A DNA stretch of 64,000 nucleotides from the IMG/VR virus record IMGVR_UViG_3300025128_000015, positions 32,001-96,000 of that record. One strand, written 5' to 3'. Source of the DNA: a virus. Positions 28,892 to 38,558 of the stretch are shown here, one piece after another (position 1 is the first letter of the stretch; every line of letters starts with the position of its first letter). A program made the translations under genes and the position numbers. A model generated the notes under the pieces. The model was given only the letters and a program-made list of their open reading frames with translations. It was not told where the DNA came from and made no database searches.

Positions 28892-29703
28892 TGAAGACTC
28901 CACTAAGATATCCAGGCGGTAAATCACGCGCCGTTAAAACGATATTGGAGTTTGTCCCTGAAGACTGTGGGGAGCTATGCTCCCCCTTTCTTGGGGGCGG
29001 ATCTGTTGAACTAGCACTGGCCGAGAAGGGCGTCAAGGTTCATGGATACGAAGGGTTTAAACCTGTAGTTTGGTTTTGGCAAGCTATCTTAAAAGATCCT
29101 GAAAAACTCGCAGATCTAGCGGATTCATTCAGAAAGAAAAAGGTTTATGAGCATCAAGGCAAAAAGCTCAAAGAACGCGGATTACCCGAAAGAACATTTC
29201 ACAAATTAAAGAGAGATTTAGTTCGTGCTCTTAGAAAAGGCGAAGGTTTTAGTTTTGAACTAGCAGCCAAATTCTATGCGCTCAATCGAAGTAGCTTCTC
29301 TGGAGCGACTCTATCAGGCGGATTTTCTGAAAGAGCGTCCTACGCACGCTTTACAGATAGTCGATTAGAATATATAAGGAATTTCAAAGCTCCGAATCTC
29401 ACTGTACAACACGCAGACTTTAAAAAGTCGATAAAGAATCATGATTGCTTGTTATATCTTGATCCTCCATACTTTCTTGGAGAAGCTCGCAGCAAGCTAT
29501 ATGGAAATCTTGGCGATATGCATAAATTCTTTCCTCATTTATCTTTATATTCTGAGTTAAAAGAGAAAAAGAATTGGATTTTATCTTATAATAATTGCGA
29601 TGAAATTCGACATCTTTATAGAGATTATGATATTCATGATGCATCTTGGACTTATTGCATGACAGCTAAGGAATCTTCAGAGATTATTATTACCAATTTA
29701 TAA
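28891..29703 (+). CDS. dam: DNA adenine methyltransferase (Dam / D12 class)
   Basis: KTPLRYPGGKS, SPFLGGGSVE (SAM binding), YLDPPY catalytic motif. Confidence 0.9.
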   Translation: MKTPLRYPGGKSRAVKTILEFVPEDCGELCSPFLGGGSVELALAEKGVKVHGYEGFKPVVWFWQAILKDPEKLADLADSFRKKKVYEHQGKKLKERGLPERTFHKLKRDLVRALRKGEGFSFELAAKFYALNRSSFSGATLSGGFSERASYARFTDSRLEYIRNFKAPNLTVQHADFKKSIKNHDCLLYLDPPYFLGEARSKLYGNLGDMHKFFPHLSLYSELKEKKNWILSYNNCDEIRHLYRDYDIHDASWTYCMTAKESSEIIITNL

Positions 29704-29759
29704 AACCGCAGGGAGGCACGGGTTACAGGCGCCTCAACTCACAAATATAAGGAAAAAAC

Positions 29760-30194
29760 ATGAGTTTGATTAAAGAGGGACACAATGTGAAGGTCCATTA
29801 TAAAGGCACATTAACTGACGGAACAGAGTTTGATAATTCGAAAAATAGAGGCACACCTCTAGAATTTAAGGTTGGTTCTGGTCAGGTTATTAAAGGGTTT
29901 GATAGTGCCGTAATGGGACTGGGACTTGGAGAGGTGAAAACCTTCACTTTGGACCCTACAGAGGCTTACGGAGAAGTAAATCCGGACGCCATTCAGGAGA
30001 CGCCTAAAGCTATGTTTCCACTTGGGTTTGATTTCCAAGTTGGATCAACAGTTCAAGGACAAGGACCGGGTGGACAACCTTTGGTCGCAAAAATTCTCTC
30101 TGAATCAAATGATTCGGTCGTTTTGGATCATAACCATCCTTTGGCTGGTGAAGAATTGACTTTTGAGATTGAAATTATTGAGTACGATGAATAG
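29760..30194 (+). CDS. FKBP-type peptidyl-prolyl isomerase (SlyD/SlpA-like, no His tail)
   Basis: VKVHYKGTLTDGTEFDNS, GSGQVIKGFD, EAYG, DHNHPLAGEELTFEIEI. Confidence 0.93.
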   Translation: MSLIKEGHNVKVHYKGTLTDGTEFDNSKNRGTPLEFKVGSGQVIKGFDSAVMGLGLGEVKTFTLDPTEAYGEVNPDAIQETPKAMFPLGFDFQVGSTVQGQGPGGQPLVAKILSESNDSVVLDHNHPLAGEELTFEIEIIEYDE

Positions 30195-30217
30195 AGCCAA
30201 AAACACATGGAGGGAAC

Positions 30218-31318
30218 ATGGCAAGGAAAGCTAAAAAATTAGGAAAACTTAGTCTGGACGATATGCGAAACCTTATTAATCGTAAGGCAGGATTAGAAGT
30301 CGCCCACGATCTAAGAGAAGAGAACCCAACTGAGGTAAAAGAGTGGATCTCCACTGGATCAACTTGGTTGGACAACATTGTTTGCAGAGGAAAAAAGGCC
30401 GGCATTCCAGTAGGTAAAATTACTGAGATTGCTGGTCTAGAAGGAGCGGGTAAATCGTGGATGGCTGCAGAGATTGCTGCCAATGCTCAAAAAATGGGTA
30501 TTGACGTTGTTTACTTCGATTCAGAGTCTGCTATCGATCCAAGTTTATTGTCTAGGTTAGGCATCGACTTGGAAAGATTTCTTTATGTGCAAGCATCAAG
30601 TGTTGAATTTGTTTTAGAGACGATCGAAGAACTATTAGGCTCTAACGATAGTCAAATGTTATTTATCTGGGACTCTCTGGCTCTTACGCCGGCCATAACA
30701 GATGTAGAAGGTGATTTCAACCCTCAGTCATCGATGGCTGTGAAGGCTCGAATCTTGGCGAAAGGGATGTCAAAACTTACTGTCCCTATCGCCAACACAC
30801 AGTCAACATTTTTGGTATTAAACCAGCTTAAAACAAATATCGCTTCAAATCCTGCGCAGAGAATGGAGATTATGACAACACCGTATGTCACTCCAGGTGG
30901 AAAAGCTATGCACTATGCATATTCACTGCGCATTTGGTTAACCGGCCGAAAAGCTAAGTCTTCGTTTATTATGAATGGAGACGACCGCGTAGGATACCAA
31001 GTACAAGTTAAACTAGAAAAATCACGCTTTGGAACATCAGGACGAAGGTGTCATTTTAAAATTATGTTTGCTGGTGAAGTTGGTATTCGTAATGAAGAGA
31101 GTTGGCTCGAAGCTTTAATAGGCTCAGAAAACCTAACTCAATCAGGTGCGTGGTACACACTACACTTTGAAGATGGGACATCACAAAAATTTCAATCAAA
31201 AAATTGGCTTGAAAAATTAAAAAGTAGTGAACAGTTCCGTGAAAGAGTGTTAGAGTTAATGCATGAAGAGATTGTTTTGAAATACGAAAGAAAGACAGAA
31301 CAATCTTCTTCTACATAA
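30218..31318 (+). CDS. recA: RecA/UvsX-like recombinase
   Basis: ISTGSTWLD, GIPVGKITEIAGLEGAGKS (Walker A), FDSESAID, IWDS, LVLNQLK, TPGGKAMHYAYSLRI. Confidence 0.92.
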   Translation: MARKAKKLGKLSLDDMRNLINRKAGLEVAHDLREENPTEVKEWISTGSTWLDNIVCRGKKAGIPVGKITEIAGLEGAGKSWMAAEIAANAQKMGIDVVYFDSESAIDPSLLSRLGIDLERFLYVQASSVEFVLETIEELLGSNDSQMLFIWDSLALTPAITDVEGDFNPQSSMAVKARILAKGMSKLTVPIANTQSTFLVLNQLKTNIASNPAQRMEIMTTPYVTPGGKAMHYAYSLRIWLTGRKAKSSFIMNGDDRVGYQVQVKLEKSRFGTSGRRCHFKIMFAGEVGIRNEESWLEALIGSENLTQSGAWYTLHFEDGTSQKFQSKNWLEKLKSSEQFRERVLELMHEEIVLKYERKTEQSSST

Positions 31319-31332
31319 GTCCCTCCCGTGTT

Positions 31333-31371
31333 AAGCCCCCGATGTTTAATTTAAGCAAAGGGGGCTTTTTT
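31333..31371 (+). terminator. Intrinsic terminator after recA
   Basis: AAGCCCCC...GGGGGCTT followed by TTTT; long loop. Confidence 0.6.
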
Positions 31372-31373
31372 AA

Positions 31374-31381
31374 ACTAATTA
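31374..31381 (+). promoter_or_regulatory. Putative late promoter motif ACTAATTA
   Basis: Directly after the terminator, upstream of ORF 31406. Confidence 0.55.
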
Positions 31382-31405
31382 ATTAATACTATCTAGGAGA
31401 GAGTT

Positions 31406-31777
31406 ATGTCCAAAAGAATTAAGAAATTGATTGTGGAAGCAATATCGGATAAAGTTCAAGAAGCCGAATGCATGATCCACACATCAGCAAAAGTAAACCT
31501 TACAGATGTTTTGACATCTATCCGAGCAATCGCCGGCGTGACAATTGTAAATTTAGTTGGATCGTCGAATAGAGTTTCAGATGATAGAGATGCGTCTTAT
31601 TTGAAAATTAAATTTATTCCAAATGTAACCTCTGCAGATGCATACATGAGAAACCTTGTTTCTTACGTGAGAAATCTGCCAAGCGTATTTACATTTGAAA
31701 TTAAAAAAGTTGAAAACCTAAAACAAAAGCTAGCCAGAAGAAGGCAGCAAAAAGATTTAGTAAAAATTGATATATAG
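31406..31777 (+). CDS. Hypothetical protein, candidate late or head-associated
   Basis: 123 aa, AGGAG SD; N-terminal KKLIVEA. Confidence 0.6.
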   Translation: MSKRIKKLIVEAISDKVQEAECMIHTSAKVNLTDVLTSIRAIAGVTIVNLVGSSNRVSDDRDASYLKIKFIPNVTSADAYMRNLVSYVRNLPSVFTFEIKKVENLKQKLARRRQQKDLVKIDI

Positions 31778-31786
31778 AGGAAAACA

Positions 31787-32764
31787 TTGAAAACTAAGAG
31801 ATTATTATTAATCGATCAGCTAAACTTATTCTTTAGATCGTATATTGTCGATCCATCGTTATCAACAAATGGACAACCAATTGGCGGATTAAAGGGAGTA
31901 ATTAAATCTTTACAAAAGATTATCAGAGAGTCAAAGCCAGACCAAGTTATTATCTGTTGGGATGGACAAGGAGGCTCAACCCGCCGCAAAATCTTAAATA
32001 AAAACTACAAAGCTGGGCGCAAGCCACCTCGCCTGAATCGCGGCGCAAGAGTGCTAACAGAATCTGAAGAACTAACAAACAAATCGTGGCAACTCCAGAG
32101 GCTAACAGAGTATTTTAATGAAATGCCATTGATGCAATTTATGTTCAGCGGTGTCGAGGCAGATGATGTGATAGCTTATTTGGCAAGACACAAGCATTAT
32201 GAAAGCTGGCAAAAGGTTATTGTTTCAAGTGATAAAGACTTCTTTCAATTACTGGATGACAAGACAGTTTTATACCGGCCAGTACAAAAGCAGGTTTTAA
32301 ATAAAAAGAACTTGATAGAAAAGCACAACATACATCCTAACAATTTTGCCCTTGCCCGAGCCATGGCCGGCGATAAGAGCGATAATCTTGAAGGTGTAGG
32401 TAATATTGGTTTGGCTACAGCATATAAAAGATTTCCGTTTTTATCTGGATCAGATCCTGTTACGTTGACAGAAGTACTAGAGTACTCTGAAGAACAACTA
32501 AAAAATAGAAAATTAAAAGCATATGAAAATGTGGTCAACAATTCTGACATTCTTAAAAGAAACTATAAGATGATGCAACTCTACGTTCCAATTTTAGATA
32601 TTAATTCGAAAAAAACAATTCATGAGACAATACAGGACGCAGAGCTAGGCTTTAACAAAACAGAGGTCATCAAAATGATGACTCAGGATGGTTTTGGCGA
32701 GATAAACTTCAATGAGCTATTTGTGCACTTTAACAAAATAGTGATTGACAATAAACCTCTCTGA
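31787..32764 (+). CDS. 5'-3' exonuclease / flap endonuclease (T4 RNase H, PolI N-domain-like)
   Basis: LLIDQLNLFFRSY, CWDG, NKNYKAGR, EADDVIA, VSSDKDFFQL, GDKSDNLEGVGNIG; TTG start. Confidence 0.92.
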   Translation: MKTKRLLLIDQLNLFFRSYIVDPSLSTNGQPIGGLKGVIKSLQKIIRESKPDQVIICWDGQGGSTRRKILNKNYKAGRKPPRLNRGARVLTESEELTNKSWQLQRLTEYFNEMPLMQFMFSGVEADDVIAYLARHKHYESWQKVIVSSDKDFFQLLDDKTVLYRPVQKQVLNKKNLIEKHNIHPNNFALARAMAGDKSDNLEGVGNIGLATAYKRFPFLSGSDPVTLTEVLEYSEEQLKNRKLKAYENVVNNSDILKRNYKMMQLYVPILDINSKKTIHETIQDAELGFNKTEVIKMMTQDGFGEINFNELFVHFNKIVIDNKPL

Positions 32765-32773
32765 TCCTATATT
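32745..32773 (+). promoter_or_regulatory. Sigma70-like promoter TTGACA-N17-TATATT (helicase and nrdJ)
   Basis: Near-consensus, upstream of ATG 32800. Confidence 0.7.
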
Positions 32774-32799
32774 AACTCTATACATTTAAAAGGGATGAG

Positions 32800-34170
32800 A
32801 TGAAAGAAGAACAGGCGAATTTTGCCAAATATGGCAAGAGCTTTCAAGAAATGCTAGCTCAATTAATTGTAAACGATCGTCCGTTTGCTGATCAAATCGA
32901 AGAAGTGCTTGATGTTAATTTCTTCGAACTAAAATATCTTCGTATTTTTGTGAGCAAGATATTTGAATATCGCAATAAATACGGTGTGCACCCAACAGGC
33001 AAGATTATTGCGTCTGTCTTGCGAACAGAACTGGACAACGAAAATGAGGCTGTACAAAAACAGGTCAGAGATTACTTTGCAAGGACTCTAGCTCGCCCAG
33101 TTGAAGATATAAAATATATTAAAGAGATAAGCTTGGATTTTTGCAAGAAGCAAAATTTGAAACAAGCTATTTTAAAATCTGTGGAACTTCTACAGTCCTC
33201 CTCTTATGACGAGATAAAAGATGTTATTGATAATGCACTTAAGCTAGGCGTTGATAATGATCATGGTCATGATTTTAAGAAAGACTTTGAGATAAGATAT
33301 ACACCACACGCAAGAAATCCTGTTTCAACCGGGTGGAAGATCATCGATGCAATCACAAAGTCTGGTCTTGGCAAGGGCGAACTTGGAGTGATCATTGCTC
33401 CCACAGGCGCCGGAAAGTCAATGGTTTTAGCACATTTAGGAGCGAAGGCGGTACAAAACGGAAAGAGTGTTGTACATTATACATTAGAGTTATCTGAAGC
33501 TGTTACGGGTCAAAGGTACGACAGTTGTATCAGCGGCGTTCGTTTATCCGATCTTATGTCGATGAAAGATATGGTATATGAAAGGATTAACGACGTAGAG
33601 GGTGGATTGTTGATAAAAGAGTATCCAACTAAGTCAGCATCAGTCAATGTTTTGCGGACTCACTTAGAAAAATTAAAAAAAAGAAATCAAAAAATCGATA
33701 TGATTTTAATAGATTACGCCGATTTGCTCAAGCCCACTACAAATTATAAAGAGAAAAGGACTGAGTTGGAATCTATTTATGAAAGCCTAAGAGCTTTAGC
33801 ACAAGAGTTTAATTGTCCAGTGTGGACAGCCTCACAAACTAATAGATCTGGGCTAAATGCAGAAGTTGTGACAATGGAATCGATCTCAGAGGCTTTCAGC
33901 AAATGTTTTGTTGCTGATTTTATTCTCTCAATCTCAAGAACAATCAAGGATAAGAATGCTAACACAGGCAGGATGTTTATCGCAAAAAACAGGAATGGTG
34001 TCGACGGACTCGTGTATCCTATCTTCATGGAGCCGGCCACTGTGAAGATTAAAGTTTTTGACCAAGAAGAGGACGCAGCTGAACTTCTAAGAGAGAAGAC
34101 TCCTAAAGAGAACGCTGATGCAATGAAAGAAAAGTATAAGAGTTTCAAAAAGCAAGCAAGGGGAGCATAG
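32800..34170 (+). CDS. Replicative DNA helicase (DnaB / gp41-like)
   Basis: STGWKIID, IAPTGAGKS (Walker A), YTLE, LIKEYPT, ILIDYADLL, VWTASQTNR, IAKNRNG. Confidence 0.92.
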   Translation: MKEEQANFAKYGKSFQEMLAQLIVNDRPFADQIEEVLDVNFFELKYLRIFVSKIFEYRNKYGVHPTGKIIASVLRTELDNENEAVQKQVRDYFARTLARPVEDIKYIKEISLDFCKKQNLKQAILKSVELLQSSSYDEIKDVIDNALKLGVDNDHGHDFKKDFEIRYTPHARNPVSTGWKIIDAITKSGLGKGELGVIIAPTGAGKSMVLAHLGAKAVQNGKSVVHYTLELSEAVTGQRYDSCISGVRLSDLMSMKDMVYERINDVEGGLLIKEYPTKSASVNVLRTHLEKLKKRNQKIDMILIDYADLLKPTTNYKEKRTELESIYESLRALAQEFNCPVWTASQTNRSGLNAEVVTMESISEAFSKCFVADFILSISRTIKDKNANTGRMFIAKNRNGVDGLVYPIFMEPATVKIKVFDQEEDAAELLREKTPKENADAMKEKYKSFKKQARGA

Positions 34171-34171
34171 A

Positions 34172-36028
34172 ATGGAAGAAGCATCAAAAATATTATCAGA
34201 CATTGCCGTGTATATGAAGTATGCACGATACCTGCCTAAAAAGCAGAGAAGAGAGACGTGGAAAGAACTTGTTACGAGAAACAAGAAAATGCACATAAAA
34301 AAGTATCCTCACTTAAAAGAAGAGATTGAAGAGAATTATAAGTTTGTATACGATAAGAAGATCCTACCTTCAATGCGCTCAATGCAGTTTGCAGGAAAGC
34401 CAATTGAAGTTGCTCCTAATAGGATCTACAATTGCGCCTATCTTCCAATTGATGATTGGAGGTCTTTTAGCGAGGCTATGTTCCTTCTTTTAGGTGGTAC
34501 CGGCGTGGGTTATTCTGTACAAAAGCATCACGTTGAGAAACTTCCAGAGATTCGAAAGCCGAACAAGAAGAGAACTAGGAGATATCTTATTGGTGATTCG
34601 ATTGAGGGCTGGTCTGACTCTATTAAAGTGTTGGTGCGCAGTTATTTTGAAGGAATGTCTGACGTCCGCTTTGATTTTTCAGACATTCGGCCAAAGGGAA
34701 GTATGCTTGTAACATCAGGTGGCAAAGCTCCAGGTCCACAACCCCTGAAGGAATGCCTGGTTAAAGTTAAAGGAATATTAGACGAGAAAGAAAATGGCGA
34801 CAAACTTACAACTATTGAAGTACATGATATTGTATGTCATATTGCGGACGCTGTACTTGCCGGCGGTATTCGCCGCGCAGCTCTTATCTCTCTTTTTAGT
34901 GCCGATGATGACGAGATGCTCGCAGCCAAAGCAGGCAAGTGGTGGGAAACAAACCCACAAAGAGGTCGATCGAATAACTCTGTCGTCTTGATGAGGCATC
35001 GAATTACAAAAGAGTTCTTCTTAAGCATTTGGGAAAGAGTTAAGGCATCTGGCTCTGGAGAACCGGGGTTTTATTTCACGAATGATAAAGACTGGGGGAC
35101 GAATCCATGCTGTGAAATCGCTCTGCGTCCTTATCAGTTCTGCAATCTTACAGAGGTAAATGCAAGTGATTTACAGAATCAAGAGGAATTGGAACGCCGC
35201 GTTCAAGCGGCAGCATTTATTGGCACACTTCAGGCTGGATATACTGACTTCCACTACTTGCGCGATATTTGGCAAAGAACAACTGAAAAAGACGCCCTAG
35301 TTGGTGTTTCTATGACAGGCATTGCCTCCGGCCGCGTTCTAGATTTAGATATGAGCGCTGCAGCCAAAATGGTTAAAAAAGAAAATGCAAGAGTCGCGCT
35401 AGAAATAGGAATCAATCCTGCAGCCCGCACCACCACTGTTAAGCCTGCAGGTACAACTTCCTTGACCTTGGGCACTTCCAGTGGAATCCATGCCTGGCAT
35501 AGTGACTATTATATCCGTCGAATGCGCGTTAGCAAGAACGAGCCAATTTATACCTATCTTTTAATACATCATCCAGAGCTGTTAGAAGATGAGTTTTTCA
35601 GACCGCATGATACAGCCGTGATTTCTGTACCGCAGAGGGCGCCAGATGAAGCTATAACGAGGAATGAGACCGCACACGATCTCTTAGAGAGGATCAAAAA
35701 GGTAAGCCAGGAATGGGTAAAGACCGGTCATAAACGAGGACAAAATACACATAATATCTCTGCCACTGTCACTGTGAGAGAGGGTGAGTGGGAAAGTGTT
35801 GGACAGTGGATGTGGGAAAACAGGAGAGCCTATAATGGACTTTCAGTTTTACCACACTCGGATCATACATATAAGCAAGCGCCTTTCGAAGATTGCACAA
35901 AAGAAGAATATGAAGAGATGATTCAGAATTTGCACAATATTGACTTAACAAAAGTAGTGGAAATGGACGATAATACAAATCTGGCCGGGGAACTAGCTTG
36001 TTCTGGCGGCTCCTGTGAAGTAAAGTGA
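34172..36028 (+). CDS. nrdJ: Class II (B12-dependent) ribonucleotide reductase
   Basis: LPSMRSMQFAG, YNCAY, GGTGVGYS, GGIRRAA, GTNPCCEI, TTVKPAGTTS, C-terminal CSGGSC. Confidence 0.93.
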   Translation: MEEASKILSDIAVYMKYARYLPKKQRRETWKELVTRNKKMHIKKYPHLKEEIEENYKFVYDKKILPSMRSMQFAGKPIEVAPNRIYNCAYLPIDDWRSFSEAMFLLLGGTGVGYSVQKHHVEKLPEIRKPNKKRTRRYLIGDSIEGWSDSIKVLVRSYFEGMSDVRFDFSDIRPKGSMLVTSGGKAPGPQPLKECLVKVKGILDEKENGDKLTTIEVHDIVCHIADAVLAGGIRRAALISLFSADDDEMLAAKAGKWWETNPQRGRSNNSVVLMRHRITKEFFLSIWERVKASGSGEPGFYFTNDKDWGTNPCCEIALRPYQFCNLTEVNASDLQNQEELERRVQAAAFIGTLQAGYTDFHYLRDIWQRTTEKDALVGVSMTGIASGRVLDLDMSAAAKMVKKENARVALEIGINPAARTTTVKPAGTTSLTLGTSSGIHAWHSDYYIRRMRVSKNEPIYTYLLIHHPELLEDEFFRPHDTAVISVPQRAPDEAITRNETAHDLLERIKKVSQEWVKTGHKRGQNTHNISATVTVREGEWESVGQWMWENRRAYNGLSVLPHSDHTYKQAPFEDCTKEEYEEMIQNLHNIDLTKVVEMDDNTNLAGELACSGGSCEVK

Positions 36029-36035
36029 GGATAAT

Positions 36036-36296
36036 ATGAAACCTTTTAACAGATACATAACCATAAAACCAGTTGAAGAGGAGCAAGAAGGTCCTTCAAT
36101 ATTGGTACCAGATGACTTCAAAGTCAAGAGAGCATCTTTTGTAAAGGCAGTGGTGCTCGAATGTGCGGATGACATTTCTCTAGCTCTAAAGAAGGGACAG
36201 ACGATCGTTGTAAATTCTGCCATGACTGAGGAGGTTACAATCGATGGAAACACTCATCATTTAATCCTAGAAAATTATGTTATGGGCTTGATATAA
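36036..36296 (+). CDS. groES: Co-chaperonin GroES / cpn10-like
   Basis: MKPFNRYITIKPVEE...ILVP...LKKGQTIVV...IDGNTHHLILENYVMGLI. Confidence 0.75.
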   Translation: MKPFNRYITIKPVEEEQEGPSILVPDDFKVKRASFVKAVVLECADDISLALKKGQTIVVNSAMTEEVTIDGNTHHLILENYVMGLI

Positions 36297-36319
36297 AAAA
36301 GCTTTTTTAGGTCATCATG

Positions 36320-36327
36320 ACTACTTA
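36320..36327 (+). promoter_or_regulatory. Putative late promoter motif ACTACTTA
   Basis: Intergenic, upstream of ORF 36370. Confidence 0.5.
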
Positions 36328-36369
36328 TGGAGTGAACAAGGCAGCTAGCTGCTTAGGAGTTAAAAAGAT

Positions 36370-36960
36370 ATGAGTTCGTTGATTATGATGTTGTTGACCG
36401 CCCACGTTGCGGGAACTGTTCCGAATGTGGAAAAAGAAGAAATAAGCTATTTTGAAGTGGCCGAGCAGGCGATATTTAATTGCCCTACTTATAAGAATAA
36501 TTTAACTAAAGTTAAGCCGTCTGTTGTATTTGATCTTGTAGGAATAGAGAGAAAGTTTAGAGTACCATCAGAACTACGTGGTATGATGCTAGCGCATGCA
36601 TGCACTCATAGTGGTCTAGATGGCAGCATTTCAACTCTGCGCTATTGGAGAACAGACAAGGATCAAAACAAGGTAAAAACAATCTTTGATCTAGCAGACA
36701 ATCAGAAATTGACAAGATTTAACAGATTCCAGTTTCAGAGAACAGCCGACGTCTGGATGCGACGGGTTGTTAAGGGGCTAGACAAGAATAAGAAAAGGTG
36801 CCTTAAAGGTGACGAGTCCTGTAGTTGGATTAACGCCTGGCTTAATAGCGTAAAAAAATACAAAAAGTCCCCAAAGAAAGAATATAAGTTATTAAAGACT
36901 TGGCACCAGAAAATAAAAGAAAGAAAACAGCCTAAGAGACACGCTGCGTGTAATTGTTGA
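36370..36960 (+). CDS. Hypothetical exported protein, possibly a degenerate transglycosylase fold
   Basis: Hydrophobic N-terminus; LRGMMLAHACTHSGLD resembles SLT AxxxxESxx but has His at the catalytic Glu position. Confidence 0.4.
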   Translation: MSSLIMMLLTAHVAGTVPNVEKEEISYFEVAEQAIFNCPTYKNNLTKVKPSVVFDLVGIERKFRVPSELRGMMLAHACTHSGLDGSISTLRYWRTDKDQNKVKTIFDLADNQKLTRFNRFQFQRTADVWMRRVVKGLDKNKKRCLKGDESCSWINAWLNSVKKYKKSPKKEYKLLKTWHQKIKERKQPKRHAACNC

Positions 36961-37781
36961 AGAGCCCAGTTTATAAATGGCCACATGTTGTCATTGGAGG
37001 TAATTTAAATGCTTTTTTCTACGCACACAAAAAGGGTTATCACATCATCCCTAATATTGTGGATATCCCTTATGCTTACGACAGGCAACGCCTTGAAAAT
37101 GATTTGGGGGTAGAGTTTCCAACTGCACATGAAGAGTGGCAATACCTAGCTTATCGATTGAATCGGTTAGGTAAGAATCCATTTTCCAATAAGGTAAAAC
37201 AAATAAAAGTCTACCCTGAAGAAAAGCGCCTGCAAATCAATATTGGATCTCCAGTATTGTTTGATATCCAATATGAAGACCTTCGCGTTTTTGATACAGA
37301 AAATGTTATTGGTCTTGAAGAAGCAGAGGAGAGGATAAAGGGGTATTGTGTTTATGATTGGTATGACGTTAGGTCTGGGATGCTTCATAATCTAGACAAG
37401 ATTGAAGATGGAAACACTAATTTTGTTAAAAAAATCAAGTTTTTCCTATCCGAAAGAATTGATGGAAACCAAAATAAGAAAGACTTGGTTGCAGAATCGT
37501 TTTTAACACCGGATCAACTTCATGACATCGATTACTCAGAGACTTATTCAAGACTTAAATCTATTGATATGATGAAGCAGTCCGGTATAAAAGGAAAGAA
37601 GAACGGTTCAGGTAGTCATGTTTCTATAAAATTAGAATTATGGAAGCGAGAAATTAAAAAAATAAAAAGTGTAAAATCTTTTAAAAGAGATGGTATAATT
37701 GTTGATGGAAGACCTTTAGAGGAAGTGGTGAATGAGTTTTCATTTGGCGGGACTGATCCCGTTAGCAGGGCACGCTCTTGA
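36954..37781 (+). CDS. Hypothetical protein with a Rossmann-like N-terminus
   Basis: HVVIGGNLNAFFYA resembles a degenerate GxGxxG dinucleotide-binding strand-loop-helix. Confidence 0.45.
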   Translation: MLKSPVYKWPHVVIGGNLNAFFYAHKKGYHIIPNIVDIPYAYDRQRLENDLGVEFPTAHEEWQYLAYRLNRLGKNPFSNKVKQIKVYPEEKRLQINIGSPVLFDIQYEDLRVFDTENVIGLEEAEERIKGYCVYDWYDVRSGMLHNLDKIEDGNTNFVKKIKFFLSERIDGNQNKKDLVAESFLTPDQLHDIDYSETYSRLKSIDMMKQSGIKGKKNGSGSHVSIKLELWKREIKKIKSVKSFKRDGIIVDGRPLEEVVNEFSFGGTDPVSRARS

Positions 37782-38556
37782 TTTTAAAATGCCTTGGCAC
37801 GATTCGTTGATGCCAATAGGTCCTGATTATTTGGCCGTTGAAAGAAGCGTTGTAGAGTGTGCCAATGCCGGCTGCGAGACAATATGGCTTATATGTGACA
37901 ACGACGTTCAGCCCTTGATTCGTCATCGCTTAGGCGAATATGTCCAAGATCCAGTTTGGGTCACTAGACATTATTCTCCCAGAAAAGGAGAGCACAAGAA
38001 GCCAATACCTTTATATTATGTGCCATTGAACATAAGAGATAAAGGAAAGAAAGACAGCCTGTCTTGGAGCATATTGCATGGAGCATATGTCGCAAATAAG
38101 ATATCATCCAAAATGAGCTTTTGGCTCCGTCCAGATAAGTTTTATGTTTCTTTTCCATACGGCTACTACGGACCAACGCTTACACGACAGCACCGCGACT
38201 TGATATCTAACAATAAAAACTTTTTTATTTCATATAATGACAAAACAGTTGTTGACGGAGAATATTTGGGGTTTACATTTAATCATGAGGACTATAAAAG
38301 ATTATTGGAAAACTTTAGAGAATCATATCACTTAGATGTTCATAAAACTAATTTAGACTTTTCCCTAAGTGAAATCTTCGATGTGATGGATAGAAAAAGC
38401 GCTAATGTGATTGACTTTATGAATTATTGGAGAATAGATAATTGGGAAAATTATTGTAAGTATATGTCAGAACAAGGGCACAGAACAAAGAGACCTTCAG
38501 AGCACATATTAAAATATCATGAATGGAACGATATTGGGGTAGATGAGACTAATTAG
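37732..38556 (+). CDS. Nucleotidyltransferase-like (NTP_transferase / GT-A) protein, divergent
   Basis: LAGLIPLAG...PWHDSLMPIG...VERSVVECANAGCETIWLI parallels GxxLAGGxGTR...PKxLLP...L..AGI..I.I; the R/K residues are not evident. Confidence 0.6.
   Translation: MSFHLAGLIPLAGHALDFKMPWHDSLMPIGPDYLAVERSVVECANAGCETIWLICDNDVQPLIRHRLGEYVQDPVWVTRHYSPRKGEHKKPIPLYYVPLNIRDKGKKDSLSWSILHGAYVANKISSKMSFWLRPDKFYVSFPYGYYGPTLTRQHRDLISNNKNFFISYNDKTVVDGEYLGFTFNHEDYKRLLENFRESYHLDVHKTNLDFSLSEIFDVMDRKSANVIDFMNYWRIDNWENYCKYMSEQGHRTKRPSEHILKYHEWNDIGVDETN
38548..38555 (+). promoter_or_regulatory. Putative late promoter motif ACTAATTA
   Basis: Overlaps the upstream stop codon; 3-6 nt before ATG 38559/38562. Confidence 0.45.
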
Positions 38557-38558
38557 TA

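Noticed and set aside
36295-36308. Palindrome AAAAAAGCTTTTTT after groES as a terminator or operator
   Set aside because: It has only a 2-bp GC core and no loop; low-complexity A/T runs make it likely by chance
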